Assembly: GCA_963707505.1 (NCBI GenBank)
Contig: CAVPQB010000006.1
Coordinates: 608,001 to 672,000 of the forward strand
Direction of reading: 5' to 3'
DNA: 64,000 nucleotides
From: an uncultured Gemmatimonadales bacterium
GTDB lineage: Bacteria > Gemmatimonadota > Gemmatimonadetes > Gemmatimonadales > Gemmatimonadaceae
The notes beneath the pieces were generated by a model. That model was not told the DNA's origin, did not search any database, and was given only the letters and a program-made list of their open reading frames with translations. Numbering within the stretch: position 1 is the stretch's first letter; every line of letters begins with the position of its first letter. The translations under genes were made by a program, and so were the position numbers. Shown piece by piece: positions 28,442-38,800 of the stretch.

Positions 28442-30562
28442 ATGCCAAACACACGCATCTCGGCCGTTGCCGCGCACTTTGCGAGCGCACGCACCGTAAC
28501 CGCGCTCACGCTTACCGTAATCGCGACTGGAGTCGGTGCGCCTTTACTGCGCGCACAAACGACGACCGCCGGTTCTGCGGTACCGATTCCGCCAGTACTC
28601 AAGGTCTTCGATCCGTCATACATCGATACGACCGCTCACGCGTGTCGTGACTTCTTCGCGTTCGCAAACGGCGCGTGGCTAAAGCGCGATACGATTCCTG
28701 CTGCATTCTCGACGTCGGGTGTCGGCAAGGAGATGACCGACGCGAACGAGCTGGTGGTGCGATCGGTTCTCGACGAGGCGATGGCCTCGCGCCACAGCGA
28801 GCCGGCGAACAGCACCCGCGCGAAGCTCGGAACTTTCTACGCGACATGCATGGACTCGACACTCGCCGAGAAACAGGGCGTGAGCCCTATCCGCGCACAG
28901 CTCGATGGCATCTCTGCGATCAAAACGCGCACCGAGCTCGTACGACAGATTGGCGCGCTGCAAAAATCAGGCGTCGGAGCTCTCTTCGAGTTTGGCCCCG
29001 GTGCGGATCCGAAAGACGCTGACCACTATATAGCGTGGATCGGCCAGGGCGGACTCGGCATGCCGGACCGCGACTACTACACCAAAACCGATCCCGCATC
29101 TGATTCACTCCGCAAGAAATACGTGGCGCACGTCGAGCGATCGCTGGTGCTCGCCGGTGAATCAGCAGCTGATGCAGCGACCGACGCGCAGCGTGTGATG
29201 ACACTGGAAACGGAGCTGGCCAGAGCATCGATGACGCGCGTGGCGATGCGCGATCCGAATGCGACATACCACAAGACGTCGCTCGCGGACCTCGAGCGTA
29301 CAGCGCCGGCTATCGGGTGGCCGAGTTATTTCCGTACGGTTGGACTCACCGTTCCGGTGCAGTTCGTCAACGTCGCGCAGCCGGAATTCATTCAGAAGGC
29401 GAGCGCCCTCGTACAGACCGCGCCGATGGAAGAATGGCGCGCGTATCTCAGGTACCATCTCGTCTCGAGTGCGTCGCCATGGCTCAGCTCGCCATTCGCG
29501 AACGAGAGCTTCGCCTACTCGTCGCTCTACAGCGGCGCGAAGCAGATGCTACCGCGCTGGAAGCGCTGCCTCCGTGCCACCGATCGCCAGATCGGCGAGG
29601 CGCTGGGCCAGGCGTACGTCGACAAAACGTTCCCTCCGGCGGCCAAGGCCGCAGCGAAGCAGGTCATCGATGACATCCGCTCGTCGTTCCACGATCGGCT
29701 TCTCGCGCTCACCTGGATGTCGGATTCCACGCGAAAGTATGCACTTGGCAAGCTCGCGAAGATGAACGAAAAGGTCGGATATCCGGACCACTGGCGCGAC
29801 TATACCACGCTGCACGTCTCCGACGGCGCATTCGTGCACAACGTGTTCAATGCGAACGCGTTCGAGTGGGACCGCGTCATCAATCGCCCCGGAAAGGCTG
29901 TCGACAAGACCGAGTGGGGAATGACGGTGCCGACGGTCAATGCGTACTACGATCCGTCAGTGAATGAAATGGTCTTCCCTGCGGGTGCACTTCTCCCGCA
30001 GACGTTCGACGCGAGCGGCGACATGGCCGCCAACTACGGCGCGCTTGGCGGAAGCTGGGCCGGTCACGAGCTCACGCATGGCTTCGACGACGAGGGTCGC
30101 CACTACGACGCCGATGGCAACCTGCGCGACTGGTGGGTTGCGAGCGACACGTCGCGGTTCGACGAACAGGCACAACGCATCGTCGATCAGTTCGACGGCT
30201 ACATCCAGGTCGATACGACGCACGTGAATGGCAAGCTCACGCTCGGCGAGAACATCGCTGATTACGGCGGGCTGCTCACTGCGTACGACGCGATGGAACG
30301 CGCGCTCAACCGTACCGGAAAGCGCGAAACGATCGACGGCTACACTCCGGAGCAGCGCTTCTTCATTGCCTACGCGCAGACCTGGCGCGAGCACTCTCGG
30401 CCCCAGACGATGCTAACGAGAGTAACAGTCGACCCGCACGCACCCGCGGAATGGCGCACCAACGGTCCGGTTTCGAACATGCCGGCCTTCGCAAAGGCGT
30501 TCAACTGCCAGCCGGGCGATCCCATGGTCCGCCCGAAGGACGTCGTGCCGCAAATCTGGTGA
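28442..30562 (+). CDS. M13-family (neprilysin/PepO-like) zinc metallopeptidase, exported
   Basis: Start at MPNTRIS; signal peptide; CRDFFAFANG, VNAYY, HELTHGFDD, GENIADYGG, DPHAP. Confidence 0.93.
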   Translation: MPNTRISAVAAHFASARTVTALTLTVIATGVGAPLLRAQTTTAGSAVPIPPVLKVFDPSYIDTTAHACRDFFAFANGAWLKRDTIPAAFSTSGVGKEMTDANELVVRSVLDEAMASRHSEPANSTRAKLGTFYATCMDSTLAEKQGVSPIRAQLDGISAIKTRTELVRQIGALQKSGVGALFEFGPGADPKDADHYIAWIGQGGLGMPDRDYYTKTDPASDSLRKKYVAHVERSLVLAGESAADAATDAQRVMTLETELARASMTRVAMRDPNATYHKTSLADLERTAPAIGWPSYFRTVGLTVPVQFVNVAQPEFIQKASALVQTAPMEEWRAYLRYHLVSSASPWLSSPFANESFAYSSLYSGAKQMLPRWKRCLRATDRQIGEALGQAYVDKTFPPAAKAAAKQVIDDIRSSFHDRLLALTWMSDSTRKYALGKLAKMNEKVGYPDHWRDYTTLHVSDGAFVHNVFNANAFEWDRVINRPGKAVDKTEWGMTVPTVNAYYDPSVNEMVFPAGALLPQTFDASGDMAANYGALGGSWAGHELTHGFDDEGRHYDADGNLRDWWVASDTSRFDEQAQRIVDQFDGYIQVDTTHVNGKLTLGENIADYGGLLTAYDAMERALNRTGKRETIDGYTPEQRFFIAYAQTWREHSRPQTMLTRVTVDPHAPAEWRTNGPVSNMPAFAKAFNCQPGDPMVRPKDVVPQIW

Positions 30563-30707
30563 TGACTGCCGGTGCTACTGGCGCCGGTAGGCCGCTCGCG
30601 CCACGTTATCCGTTCGCCCGGCGTATGTAGGGCAATGATCCGGGCGCGCCCATCGCGCCCACAGACCGCCCGCTCGAATGAGCGGGCTCACTCCAGCTCT
30701 GGTCAGC

Positions 30708-32333
30708 ATGCTTCGTAAGACACTGTTCTTTGGCGCCCTGCTACTCGCGCCGTACATCCCACTGCACGCACAATCGTTCCCGACCAACGACCCGATCATC
30801 AAGCGAATCTGGGCGCTCGGCATGGACAGCACTCACGTTTATGAGCTGTCCCAGGCGCTCTTCGATTCTGTAGGCCCGCGACTGCAGGGCGGCGACGAGC
30901 TTCGCGCTGGCAACGACTGGCTCCTGAGCACGTACAAGTCGTGGGGAATCGAAGCCCACAACGAGCAGTATGGCACCTGGCGCGGATGGCGTCGCGGCTA
31001 CTCCCACATCGACCTGATCTCACCACGCGTCCGCTCGCTCGAAGGACAGATGGTGGGCTACAGCCCCGGCACCGGCAAGAAGGACCTCACGGCGACCACG
31101 ATCATCCTGCCTCGCTTTGCCGACAGCACCGAGTTCGTCAAATGGCTCCCGAACGCGCGAGGGAAGTTCGTCCTTGTCTCCGCGCCACAGCCGACCTGCC
31201 GTCCCCGCGAGGACTGGGCAACCAATGCGACGCCCGAGTCCAGGGCGCGCATGGATAGTCTCCGTACGGCGATCAACGCCGAGTGGGGCGGACGTAACGT
31301 TCGCGGCACCGGCTACAGTCTGGCACTCGGCGGCGGTGAGCTCGGCAAGCGTCTTGAAGAAGGCGGAGTGGCCGGCCTCATCACCTCGCGCCCGAAGGAC
31401 GGCTGGGGGACGATCGAGGTCTTCGAGACCTACAACACCAAGGCGCCAACCGTCGCGCTGAGCTGCGAAGACTACGGCCTCGTCTTCCGTCTTACGGAGA
31501 ACAAGCAGAACCCGCAGGTTCGGATGAACCTCGACGCCGATCTGCTCGGCGAGCAGCCGGTGTTCAACACGATCGCCGAGATCAAGGGAACGGAGAAGCC
31601 GAACGAGTACGTGATGCTCTCCGCGCACTTCGATTCGTGGGACGGCTCGTCCGGCGCAACCGACAACGGCACCGGCACCATCACCATGCTGGAGGCGATG
31701 CGGATTCTCAAGCAGGTGTATCCGCACCCGAAGCGCACGATTCTCGTCGGGCACTGGAGCGGCGAGGAGGAGGGCGAAGTAGGCTCCAAGGCCTTCACCG
31801 AAGATCATCCTGAAGTCCTGAAGGGACTCCAGGCGCTGTTCAACCAGGACAACGGAACAGGTCGCATCGTTCGTATGGGCGGCGCTGGTCTTCCGAATGC
31901 CGCTGTCCACATCGAGCAGTGGCTGTCCAAGGTTCCGACGGTGTTCCAGGAGCAGGTCAAGTTCGGCGGACCTGGCTTCCCGGCAGGCGGCGGAAGCGAT
32001 GACTTCTCCTTCGGTTGCAATGGTCTGCCCGCCTTCGGACTCGGCGCCCTCAACTGGGATTACGGGAACTACACGTGGCACACCAACCGCGACACGTACG
32101 ACAAGATCGTCTTCGACGACCTCAAGTCCAACGCGACGCTCACGGCGATGCTGGCCTACCTCGCCTCGGAAGACCCGACGATGATCACGCGCGAGCGCGT
32201 CGATCTCGCCGCCGAGGCAGCTCGCATGGCAGCGCAGAATCCGGCAGCTACCGGCAATGGCCGGTTCCGTGCGCCGACGACCTGGCCCGCGTGCGTCAAG
32301 GCGCCGCGGACGACGAACCCGCGTCTCAAGTAG
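30708..32333 (+). CDS. M28-family peptidase (carboxypeptidase Q-like), exported
   Basis: Start at MLRKTLF; signal peptide; SAHFDSWD, GATDNGTG, WSGEEEG, NQDNG, GSDDFSF, WHTNRDT. Confidence 0.88.
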   Translation: MLRKTLFFGALLLAPYIPLHAQSFPTNDPIIKRIWALGMDSTHVYELSQALFDSVGPRLQGGDELRAGNDWLLSTYKSWGIEAHNEQYGTWRGWRRGYSHIDLISPRVRSLEGQMVGYSPGTGKKDLTATTIILPRFADSTEFVKWLPNARGKFVLVSAPQPTCRPREDWATNATPESRARMDSLRTAINAEWGGRNVRGTGYSLALGGGELGKRLEEGGVAGLITSRPKDGWGTIEVFETYNTKAPTVALSCEDYGLVFRLTENKQNPQVRMNLDADLLGEQPVFNTIAEIKGTEKPNEYVMLSAHFDSWDGSSGATDNGTGTITMLEAMRILKQVYPHPKRTILVGHWSGEEEGEVGSKAFTEDHPEVLKGLQALFNQDNGTGRIVRMGGAGLPNAAVHIEQWLSKVPTVFQEQVKFGGPGFPAGGGSDDFSFGCNGLPAFGLGALNWDYGNYTWHTNRDTYDKIVFDDLKSNATLTAMLAYLASEDPTMITRERVDLAAEAARMAAQNPAATGNGRFRAPTTWPACVKAPRTTNPRLK

Positions 32334-32348
32334 ATCGGGTACGAATGA

Positions 32349-32390
32349 AACGATCCCCGGCTGCGCATCGATGCGCAGCCGGGGATCGTT
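32349..32390. terminator. Perfect 42-bp palindrome, probable bidirectional terminator
   Basis: AACGATCCCCGGCTGCGCATCGATGCGCAGCCGGGGATCGTT equals its own reverse complement; lies between convergent genes and is followed by GTTT. Confidence 0.7.
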
Positions 32391-32406
32391 GTTTCTGCTA
32401 CAGAAT

Positions 32407-32436
32407 CATCATCCCCGCAAAAGCGGGAACGATGAC
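32407..32436. repeat. REP-like palindrome (CGTC-family variant)
   Basis: CATCATCCCCGCAAAAGCGGGAACGATGAC. Confidence 0.6.
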
Positions 32437-32442
32437 CCTGTA

Positions 32443-32709
32443 CTAGCCGGTTTCCTGTGTCGCGTCAGGATGTGGCTGGGCAGGGCCATCGATCAGCGCC
32501 AGTAGCGCCCGATCACTCAGCTCTTGCCAGCCAGCCGGAAAGCTCCAGAAACGGCGGATCACCATCTCGTTGACGGCAATCAGCGACTTTCGTGCTGCAG
32601 ACCCGTCGCTCTCCGCCATCTCCATCTCCCGCACTCGCCATTTCTTCCCGTTGGCATCGGCCACATCGCGGCACGCTCCCTGATGCTGGATGCTCACTGT
32701 TTGACGCAT
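32443..32709 (-). CDS. Small hypothetical protein
   Basis: 88 aa, DANGKKWRVRE...SLIAVNEMVIRRFWSFPAGWQELSDRALLALID; protein-like composition, fills an otherwise empty gap, converges on the palindrome. Confidence 0.6.
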   Translation of the reverse strand: MRQTVSIQHQGACRDVADANGKKWRVREMEMAESDGSAARKSLIAVNEMVIRRFWSFPAGWQELSDRALLALIDGPAQPHPDATQETG

Positions 32710-32960
32710 GATGTAGCGGACGACTGGACCATCAGAACCCACGTTTCAGAGATAGCTGCGTTATCCACGGCGATTTTGGGATGAGTAGTTCGCCAAAAGC
32801 ACTACTGCTCTGACAAACTCACCGCGAATTGTGAGCCACCTTGGTCCGATGCGCGGCGATCAGTCCTGCTTTGATTATCGGAGTGCGACACCCGGAACGA
32901 ATGTTCGAGTCGGTGAATTACAAGCGATACACGGCTAGTTTTGGATGACAGTTGCATTTT

Positions 32961-32977
32961 TTGGCACTTTCATAGCA
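32961..32977 (+). promoter_or_regulatory. Sigma54 -24/-12 promoter of yajQ
   Basis: TTGGCAC-TTTCA-TAGCA, GG-N10-GC. Confidence 0.6.
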
Positions 32978-32989
32978 ACCCAACCCACA

Positions 32990-33490
32990 ATGGCACAACT
33001 GAATTCATTCGACGTTACGACAGGCGTCGACATGCAGGAAGTCGACAACGCCGTCAATCAGTCGCAGAAGGAGATCGGGCAGCGCTATGATTTCAAAGGC
33101 TCCAAATCAACGATGGAGTTCAAGCGCGCCGAGGAGATGTTGGTGCTTGTTGCCGACAGCGAGTATCAGATGAAGGCACTTACCGATGTGTTGTGGGGAA
33201 AGCTCGTGAAGCGCGGCGTTCCGGTAAAGAATCTCGACATCGGTGAAGTGAAGCCCGCCGGCGGTGATACTGTGCGTTGCGAGATAAAGCTCAAGACCGC
33301 GCTCGACAGCGACACGGCGAAGAAAGTCGCTGCAGCAATCAAGGAAGCAAAGATTCCAAAAGTTCAGGCAGCGATTCAGGCGGACCAGGTGCGCGTGAGC
33401 TCACCATCGCGCGACGATCTGCAGAACGCCATGGGCGTGCTTCGCGCTGGCGACTTCGGCGTCGAGCTCAAGTTCGGCAACTATCGCTGA
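32990..33490 (+). CDS. yajQ: YajQ-family nucleotide/c-di-GMP-binding protein
   Basis: SFDVTTGVDMQEVDNAVNQSQKEIGQRYDFKGS...KVQAAIQADQVRVSSPSRDDLQ...FGNYR. Confidence 0.92.
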   Translation: MAQLNSFDVTTGVDMQEVDNAVNQSQKEIGQRYDFKGSKSTMEFKRAEEMLVLVADSEYQMKALTDVLWGKLVKRGVPVKNLDIGEVKPAGGDTVRCEIKLKTALDSDTAKKVAAAIKEAKIPKVQAAIQADQVRVSSPSRDDLQNAMGVLRAGDFGVELKFGNYR

Positions 33491-33493
33491 GCG

Positions 33494-34042
33494 GTGGCAT
33501 CGCCGGTCGCAAGAACTGATGAGATGACAATTCGCGCTGCGACATGCGAAGACGCCGCCGCGCTCGCTGAATTCGCAGAGCGATCGTTTCGCGATACATT
33601 CGGGCGCGACAATGCGCAGTCGGACATGGCGCAGTATATCGCGAGTGCATTCAGTGAGGAGATGCAGCGTGCCGAGATCGCCGACTCGCGACGCGTCGTC
33701 CTGTTGGCGGAGAGGGGCGGGGCAATTGCAGGCTATGCGCAGCTACTGACCGACTCCGCGCCTGCCGAGATCGCGATGGAGCTGCCGGTCGTCGAGCTTG
33801 AACGGTTTTATGTCGCGCACGAGTGGCATGGACGCGGGATCGCGCAGCAACTCATGGCGCGCGCGACCGAGGCAGCATCTCAGTCGAATGCCGCGACTTT
33901 ATGGCTGGCCGTGTGGGAGCGTAATCCGAGAGCGATAGCGTTCTATCGCAAGTCTGGATTTGTGGACGTCGGCTCCAAGCTTTTTGTGCTTGGCAGCGAC
34001 CGTCAGACAGATCGTGTCATGAGCCGGCCACTGCGGAAGTGA
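33494..34042 (+). CDS. GNAT-family N-acetyltransferase (PaiA-like)
   Basis: ELERFYVAHEWHGRGIAQQLM, LWLAVWERNPRAIAFYRKSGF; start may be 33524. Confidence 0.88.
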   Translation: MASPVARTDEMTIRAATCEDAAALAEFAERSFRDTFGRDNAQSDMAQYIASAFSEEMQRAEIADSRRVVLLAERGGAIAGYAQLLTDSAPAEIAMELPVVELERFYVAHEWHGRGIAQQLMARATEAASQSNAATLWLAVWERNPRAIAFYRKSGFVDVGSKLFVLGSDRQTDRVMSRPLRK

Positions 34043-34056
34043 CCTGCCGCAGATCG

Positions 34057-34455
34057 TCAGTTGCATGCGGGCGCGCCGTCGAACACCGCCGGTGCAACAG
34101 GAGCCGTTCCGACAAAGATCGCGCATGTATGACCCGGCGCGTTGAGGTGCGTCGCCTTGGCACTCCAGCCGGACACTCCGGAAGCCGTCGCGACGACGGT
34201 GACATTCTGCGATGCACCGAAGGTGTTTGCCGAGTCGCTTGGTGTCGTGTAGGTGTGTGAGAAGTACGCGCCTGCGTTGGCGGATGCGTACGCCTCTTCC
34301 GATATCTCGAGATTCTTCAGATCGGTCTTGACCGCGGCAAGGTAAGCCCGCTCCTTGACCGCGCTGTATTGAGGAATTGCGATCGCCGCCAGAATGCCGA
34401 TGATCACGATCACAATCAGCAGCTCGATGAGGGTAAAGCCTCTGTTGACTCTCAT
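34057..34455 (-). CDS. Type IVa pilin / prepilin
   Basis: MRVNRG|FTLIELLIVIVIIGILAAIAIP class III signal with E5; C-terminal Cys pair; SD GAGGG. Confidence 0.9.
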   Translation of the reverse strand: MRVNRGFTLIELLIVIVIIGILAAIAIPQYSAVKERAYLAAVKTDLKNLEISEEAYASANAGAYFSHTYTTPSDSANTFGASQNVTVVATASGVSGWSAKATHLNAPGHTCAIFVGTAPVAPAVFDGAPACN

Positions 34456-34520
34456 TGGGTTTGCCCTCACGTCGACAGGTTTCCAGTAGGTGCTTCGTCC
34501 TGATGGACACGATCGGACTT

Positions 34521-34578
34521 GGCAACGCCCGCGCCACGTTGTGGCACTGACCGTAAGGTCTTGCTGCGTAACGGCTTA
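34521..34578 (-). promoter_or_regulatory. Sigma54 promoter of the pilin gene with IHF-like dyad
   Basis: Minus strand TGGCGC-GGGCG-TTGCC (34536-34521); TAAGGTCTTG-N5-TAACGGCTTA (34554-34578). Confidence 0.7.
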
Positions 34579-34666
34579 CGTCTCTACCATGCCTGGGCGA
34601 AACGTTTGGTGCCCGTTGTAATCCGCAACCATTATTGCGTTTCGCGGCTGTGGCGGCCGGGATTCG

Positions 34667-35845
34667 TCAGCTGGCTGCAGGTACCTTGACCGGCTTGATC
34701 GCGTGACCGTCGCGGATGTCGTCCGAGGGGTTGAGCGCGACCGTCGCTCCCTCGTCCACACCCGATAGTATCTCTACTGTGGCGCCGTAATCACGCCCAA
34801 CAGCGACCTTGTGATAGTGCGCGATGTTATGGTCATCGATCACTATTACCTGAGTGCCGCCAGCATTGAAGAGAAGTGCGTTGGCCGGTACGACAACCGG
34901 CGCGACCATTCCGCCGGTGGCAAGATTTACCTGCACGAAGCTCCCAGAGAGCAGGGAATGATCGGTATTCGCGACGTCCACTTCTACGAGAAGAGTCCGC
35001 GTGCCGGGATCGAGTGCCGCAGCAGTGCGTGCAACCTTGCCGGTAAATACGCGGTCGTGCTGCTCTGCCAGCGATACACTTGCCTTCTGTCCGATCTTGA
35101 TAGAAGGCGCCAGCGATTGCGGCACGGTCACGTAAACGCGCATCGTATCTGTCTGCGACACGCGAAAGAGTCCAAGTCCGCCGGTGCCGGCACCGCTGGT
35201 TCCGGGACTCACGAGGGTGCCGACGTCGACGTTGCGTGCGGTAACCACGCCAGCGAATGGCGCAGCGACCTTGCTGAATCCCTGCACGCTCGTGAGGCGC
35301 TGAACGTTGGCACGTTGTGCATTGGCTGTAGCCGCGCTCGCCTCGTAGGCCGCTGTTTTCTCGTCCAGTTCCTGCTGGCTCACTGCACTGTCGCGCGCGA
35401 GTGACTTCCACCGATCCAGGTCGCTCCTTGCGAGCGCGAGTGACGCGTTTGCCTGACTCAGCTGCGCCCGTGCTTGCTGTACTTCCTGATCCACTTCGGG
35501 TGCTTCTATGGTCGCGAGCACCTGTCCGTCCTTTACATTGGCACCGATGTCGGCATACCAGCGACGCACGTATCCAGCGGAGCGCGCGTAGACGACGGCC
35601 TCGTGCAGTGGCTGAAGCGTTCCAGGCAGAACGAGCGGCGAGCTCTTTGCTCGCACAGCTGTCGAGACCGACGTCGGCATCGCGGTGTCGGAAACCGCGC
35701 GGACTTCGTCAGCCAGCGCGCGGCGCTGTGTGATCCGGGGAACGATTCCGATCGCAAGCAAGATCGCGATGATGCCGGCGAACACCGGCACTGTCGCGCG
35801 CGAGCGGCGTCGCGGGGCGGGGGGATGGGATGAAGAGTGCGTCAT
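34667..35845 (-). CDS. RND efflux periplasmic adaptor subunit
   Basis: N-terminal TM, YARSAGYV..DIG, APFAGVVTARNVDVG, LDPGTRTLLVEVD, VGRDYG. Confidence 0.92.
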   Translation of the reverse strand: MTHSSSHPPAPRRRSRATVPVFAGIIAILLAIGIVPRITQRRALADEVRAVSDTAMPTSVSTAVRAKSSPLVLPGTLQPLHEAVVYARSAGYVRRWYADIGANVKDGQVLATIEAPEVDQEVQQARAQLSQANASLALARSDLDRWKSLARDSAVSQQELDEKTAAYEASAATANAQRANVQRLTSVQGFSKVAAPFAGVVTARNVDVGTLVSPGTSGAGTGGLGLFRVSQTDTMRVYVTVPQSLAPSIKIGQKASVSLAEQHDRVFTGKVARTAAALDPGTRTLLVEVDVANTDHSLLSGSFVQVNLATGGMVAPVVVPANALLFNAGGTQVIVIDDHNIAHYHKVAVGRDYGATVEILSGVDEGATVALNPSDDIRDGHAIKPVKVPAAS

Positions 35846-38800
35846 GAGTGCAACAGTGGGTCGTCCACGCCACCCGGCGGCCGGGTGCGCAGAACGCTGT
35901 AAACAACGGGAACGAGCACGAGTGTCGCAACTGTCGCGATGATCAATCCACCTATCACCGCTCTGCCAAGTGGTGCATTCTGCTCACCGCCCTCACCGAA
36001 CCCGAGCGCCATCGGGAGCATCCCGATAATCATCGCGAGCGCGGTCATGAGTACAGGGCGAAGGCGTGTCCTGCCTGCATCGAGGGCTGCCTCGACAGCA
36101 TTGAGCCCGTCTGCCCGGCGTGAATTCGCAAAAGTCACGACGAGGATACTATTGGCAGTCGCAACGCCCATCGCCATCACTGCACCCATGAGCGACGGGA
36201 CACTGAAGGTCGTGCGCGTTACGAAGAGCATCCACACGATTCCGACCAGCGCCGCTGGAAGCGCCATGATGATGATGAAGGGATCCAGCCACGACTGAAA
36301 GTTCACGACCATCAGGAAGTACACAAGCAGGATGGCGAAGGCAAGGCCGAAGCCCAGTCCTGTGAACGCATCGCGCATGCTCGACACCTGTCCCCGCATC
36401 ACGATGGTCGTACCGATGGGCATCCTTTTCTGTATTTGTGCGACGACGTGATCGATGTCGCGCGCGACGCTGCCAAGGTCGCGGCCTTCCGCACCGGCGT
36501 AAACATCATACACGCGCTGCACATTATAGTGGTCCACCACTGCTACGCCACTGCGCCGCGACTCGGTGGCGAGGTTGCCGAAGAGTTGCGGTGCCACACC
36601 TGCGGCAATCACTGGCGTCGATTCCAGATCGCTGAGCGACGACAGTCGATATTCCGGCGTCTGAACGGCAACCTTGTATGACACGCCGTTCTGCGGATTG
36701 AGGAAGAAATTCGGTGCTGTCTGGCCGCTCGAGCTGAGCGAGATCAGAAGACTGTTCGCAACGTCGCGTTGCGTGAGACCGAGCTGCGACGCTCGCGTAC
36801 GGTCGACGGTGAAGTAGAGCTCCGGCGCGTCGATCACCTGTTGCTGGCGCACGTCCACCGCTCCCGGGATGTGCCGCATCGAGTCTGCGATCTGGCTCGC
36901 GATCGCGTAGCCATCGACGTTCTTGCCGGGCACCACCTGCACATCGATCGCCGCAGGAAGACCAAGATTGAGTATGCGATTGACTATGTCGGCGGGCTGG
37001 AATGCGAACGTGACGCCGGGAAACCGCTGTCTGAAGTCGTCACGAAGCACGTTCATGTATTCGGCGGTCGAGCGAGCGCGGCCCTCATTGAGCGAGATCA
37101 GCAGCTCGGCATCGGCCGGCCCGATCGTCGCGTTGTCGCCCGTCGACAGGTTGATGCTGCTGGACGGAACTCCGACGTTAGCGAGGATCAGCCCGAGATC
37201 GCTGGGCGGAACGTCTTCGCGAATTGCATGCTCGACCTGCGCTATGATGGCGTCCGTCTGCTCGAGCCGCGTTCCCGCCGGAGCACGGACATGTACCCGA
37301 AACTGGCCCGCGTCGACACGCGGAAAGAAATCCTGACCCACGAAGGGGAGCAATACCACCGATGCGAGCACGGCACCCACTGCTCCCAGCGCGACGCGAC
37401 GCCGATGCTGGAGCGCCGTCGTCAGCAGGTTGCTGTACCATGCGCGCATGCGGTCGAAATGCGTCTCGAACCAGCGATTCACCCGCCAGAAGATGTCCGA
37501 TACGGCCTCGCCGCCATGGTGCGCCGCGTACATCGTTACTTCGGCCGGCAGGAGATACCGCACCATCAACGGTACGAGAGTACGCGACAGCACGTACGAC
37601 GCGAGCATCGCGAATATGACTGCCATCGCGAGTGGTTGAAACAGCGCGCCCGTGACGCCGCCGAGGAAGAACACCGGCGTGAACACGACACAGATGGCGA
37701 GCGTCGAGACAAATGCGGGGACAGCGATCTCGTCGGCACCATCGAGGATCGCCTGCATGAGCGGTTTGCCCGTTCCCAGGTTTCGATGAATGCTTTCTAT
37801 CGTGACCGTGGCGTCATCCACCAGAATTCCGACTGCAAGCGCGAAACCGCCAAGAGTCATGACGTTGAGACTCTGACCGAGTGCGGCAAGGCATATGATC
37901 GAGACGAGGATGGACAGCGGGATCGACGTGGCCACCACCAGCGTGCTGCGCCAACTGCCGAGAAAGAGCAGTATCATCGCCGCGGTCAGCAGTCCGGCTA
38001 TGATCGCTTCGCGAAGTACCCCGTGCAACGAGGCGCGCACGTACAGCGACTCGTCCAGCATGAGATTGAGCGAGACATCCGCGGGAAGCGCCGCCTTGAC
38101 GGCTGGCAACGCAGCCTTGATGCGCGCAACTACGTCCAGTGTCGACGCGTTGCCGTTCTTGACGACGCTCTGATAGACGCCGCGATGCCCGTTCTCCCGA
38201 ACGAGGTTCGTCTGTACTGCATAGCCATCGCGAACCTGTGCGACGTCCTTGATGTAGACTGTGGTTCCGTGCACCGTCTTGATCGGCATGTCGTTGAGCA
38301 TCGACGCAACGGTGGGGCTCGAGTTCAGTCTTACGTAATACTCCCGGCTGCCAAACTTCGCCGTACCCGACGGTAACACGAGATTTTGCGCGTTGATCGC
38401 ATCGCTGACATCCGACGGTGAAACGCCCTTGGCGTACATCGCTTCCGGATTCAGATCGACCATGATCTGACGTGCCTTTCCACCGTATGGTGCTGGCAGC
38501 GACGCGCCCTGAACCGTCGCGAGCTGCAGTCGCATCGTGTTGGTCGCAAGATCGTAGAGCTCGGTCTCCGATAGTGTCTTGCTATCGACGCCGATCTGTA
38601 GAACGGGGACATCGGTCGCGTTGAAGCGAAGGATGATCGGCGGCTGGATTCCGGGCGGCAGATTCTTGACGGCGGTCTGCGACGCGGAGGTGATCTCCGC
38701 GAGCGCGGTCGGTATGTCTGTGCCGGGCTGGAAATAGACCTTGATGACGCCAACGCCGTTGATCGACTGCGATTCGATGTGCTCGATGCTTCCTACGGTC

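Noticed and set aside
32761..32769. DnaA-box-like TTATCCACG
   Set aside because: Single mismatched copy with no cluster or oriC context.
36769..38376. Long alternative ORFs (535 aa here; also 4170..5465, 23330..24565, 61951..63729)
   Set aside because: They lie fully opposite well-supported genes, are Arg/His-rich, and are typical of GC-rich antisense frames.
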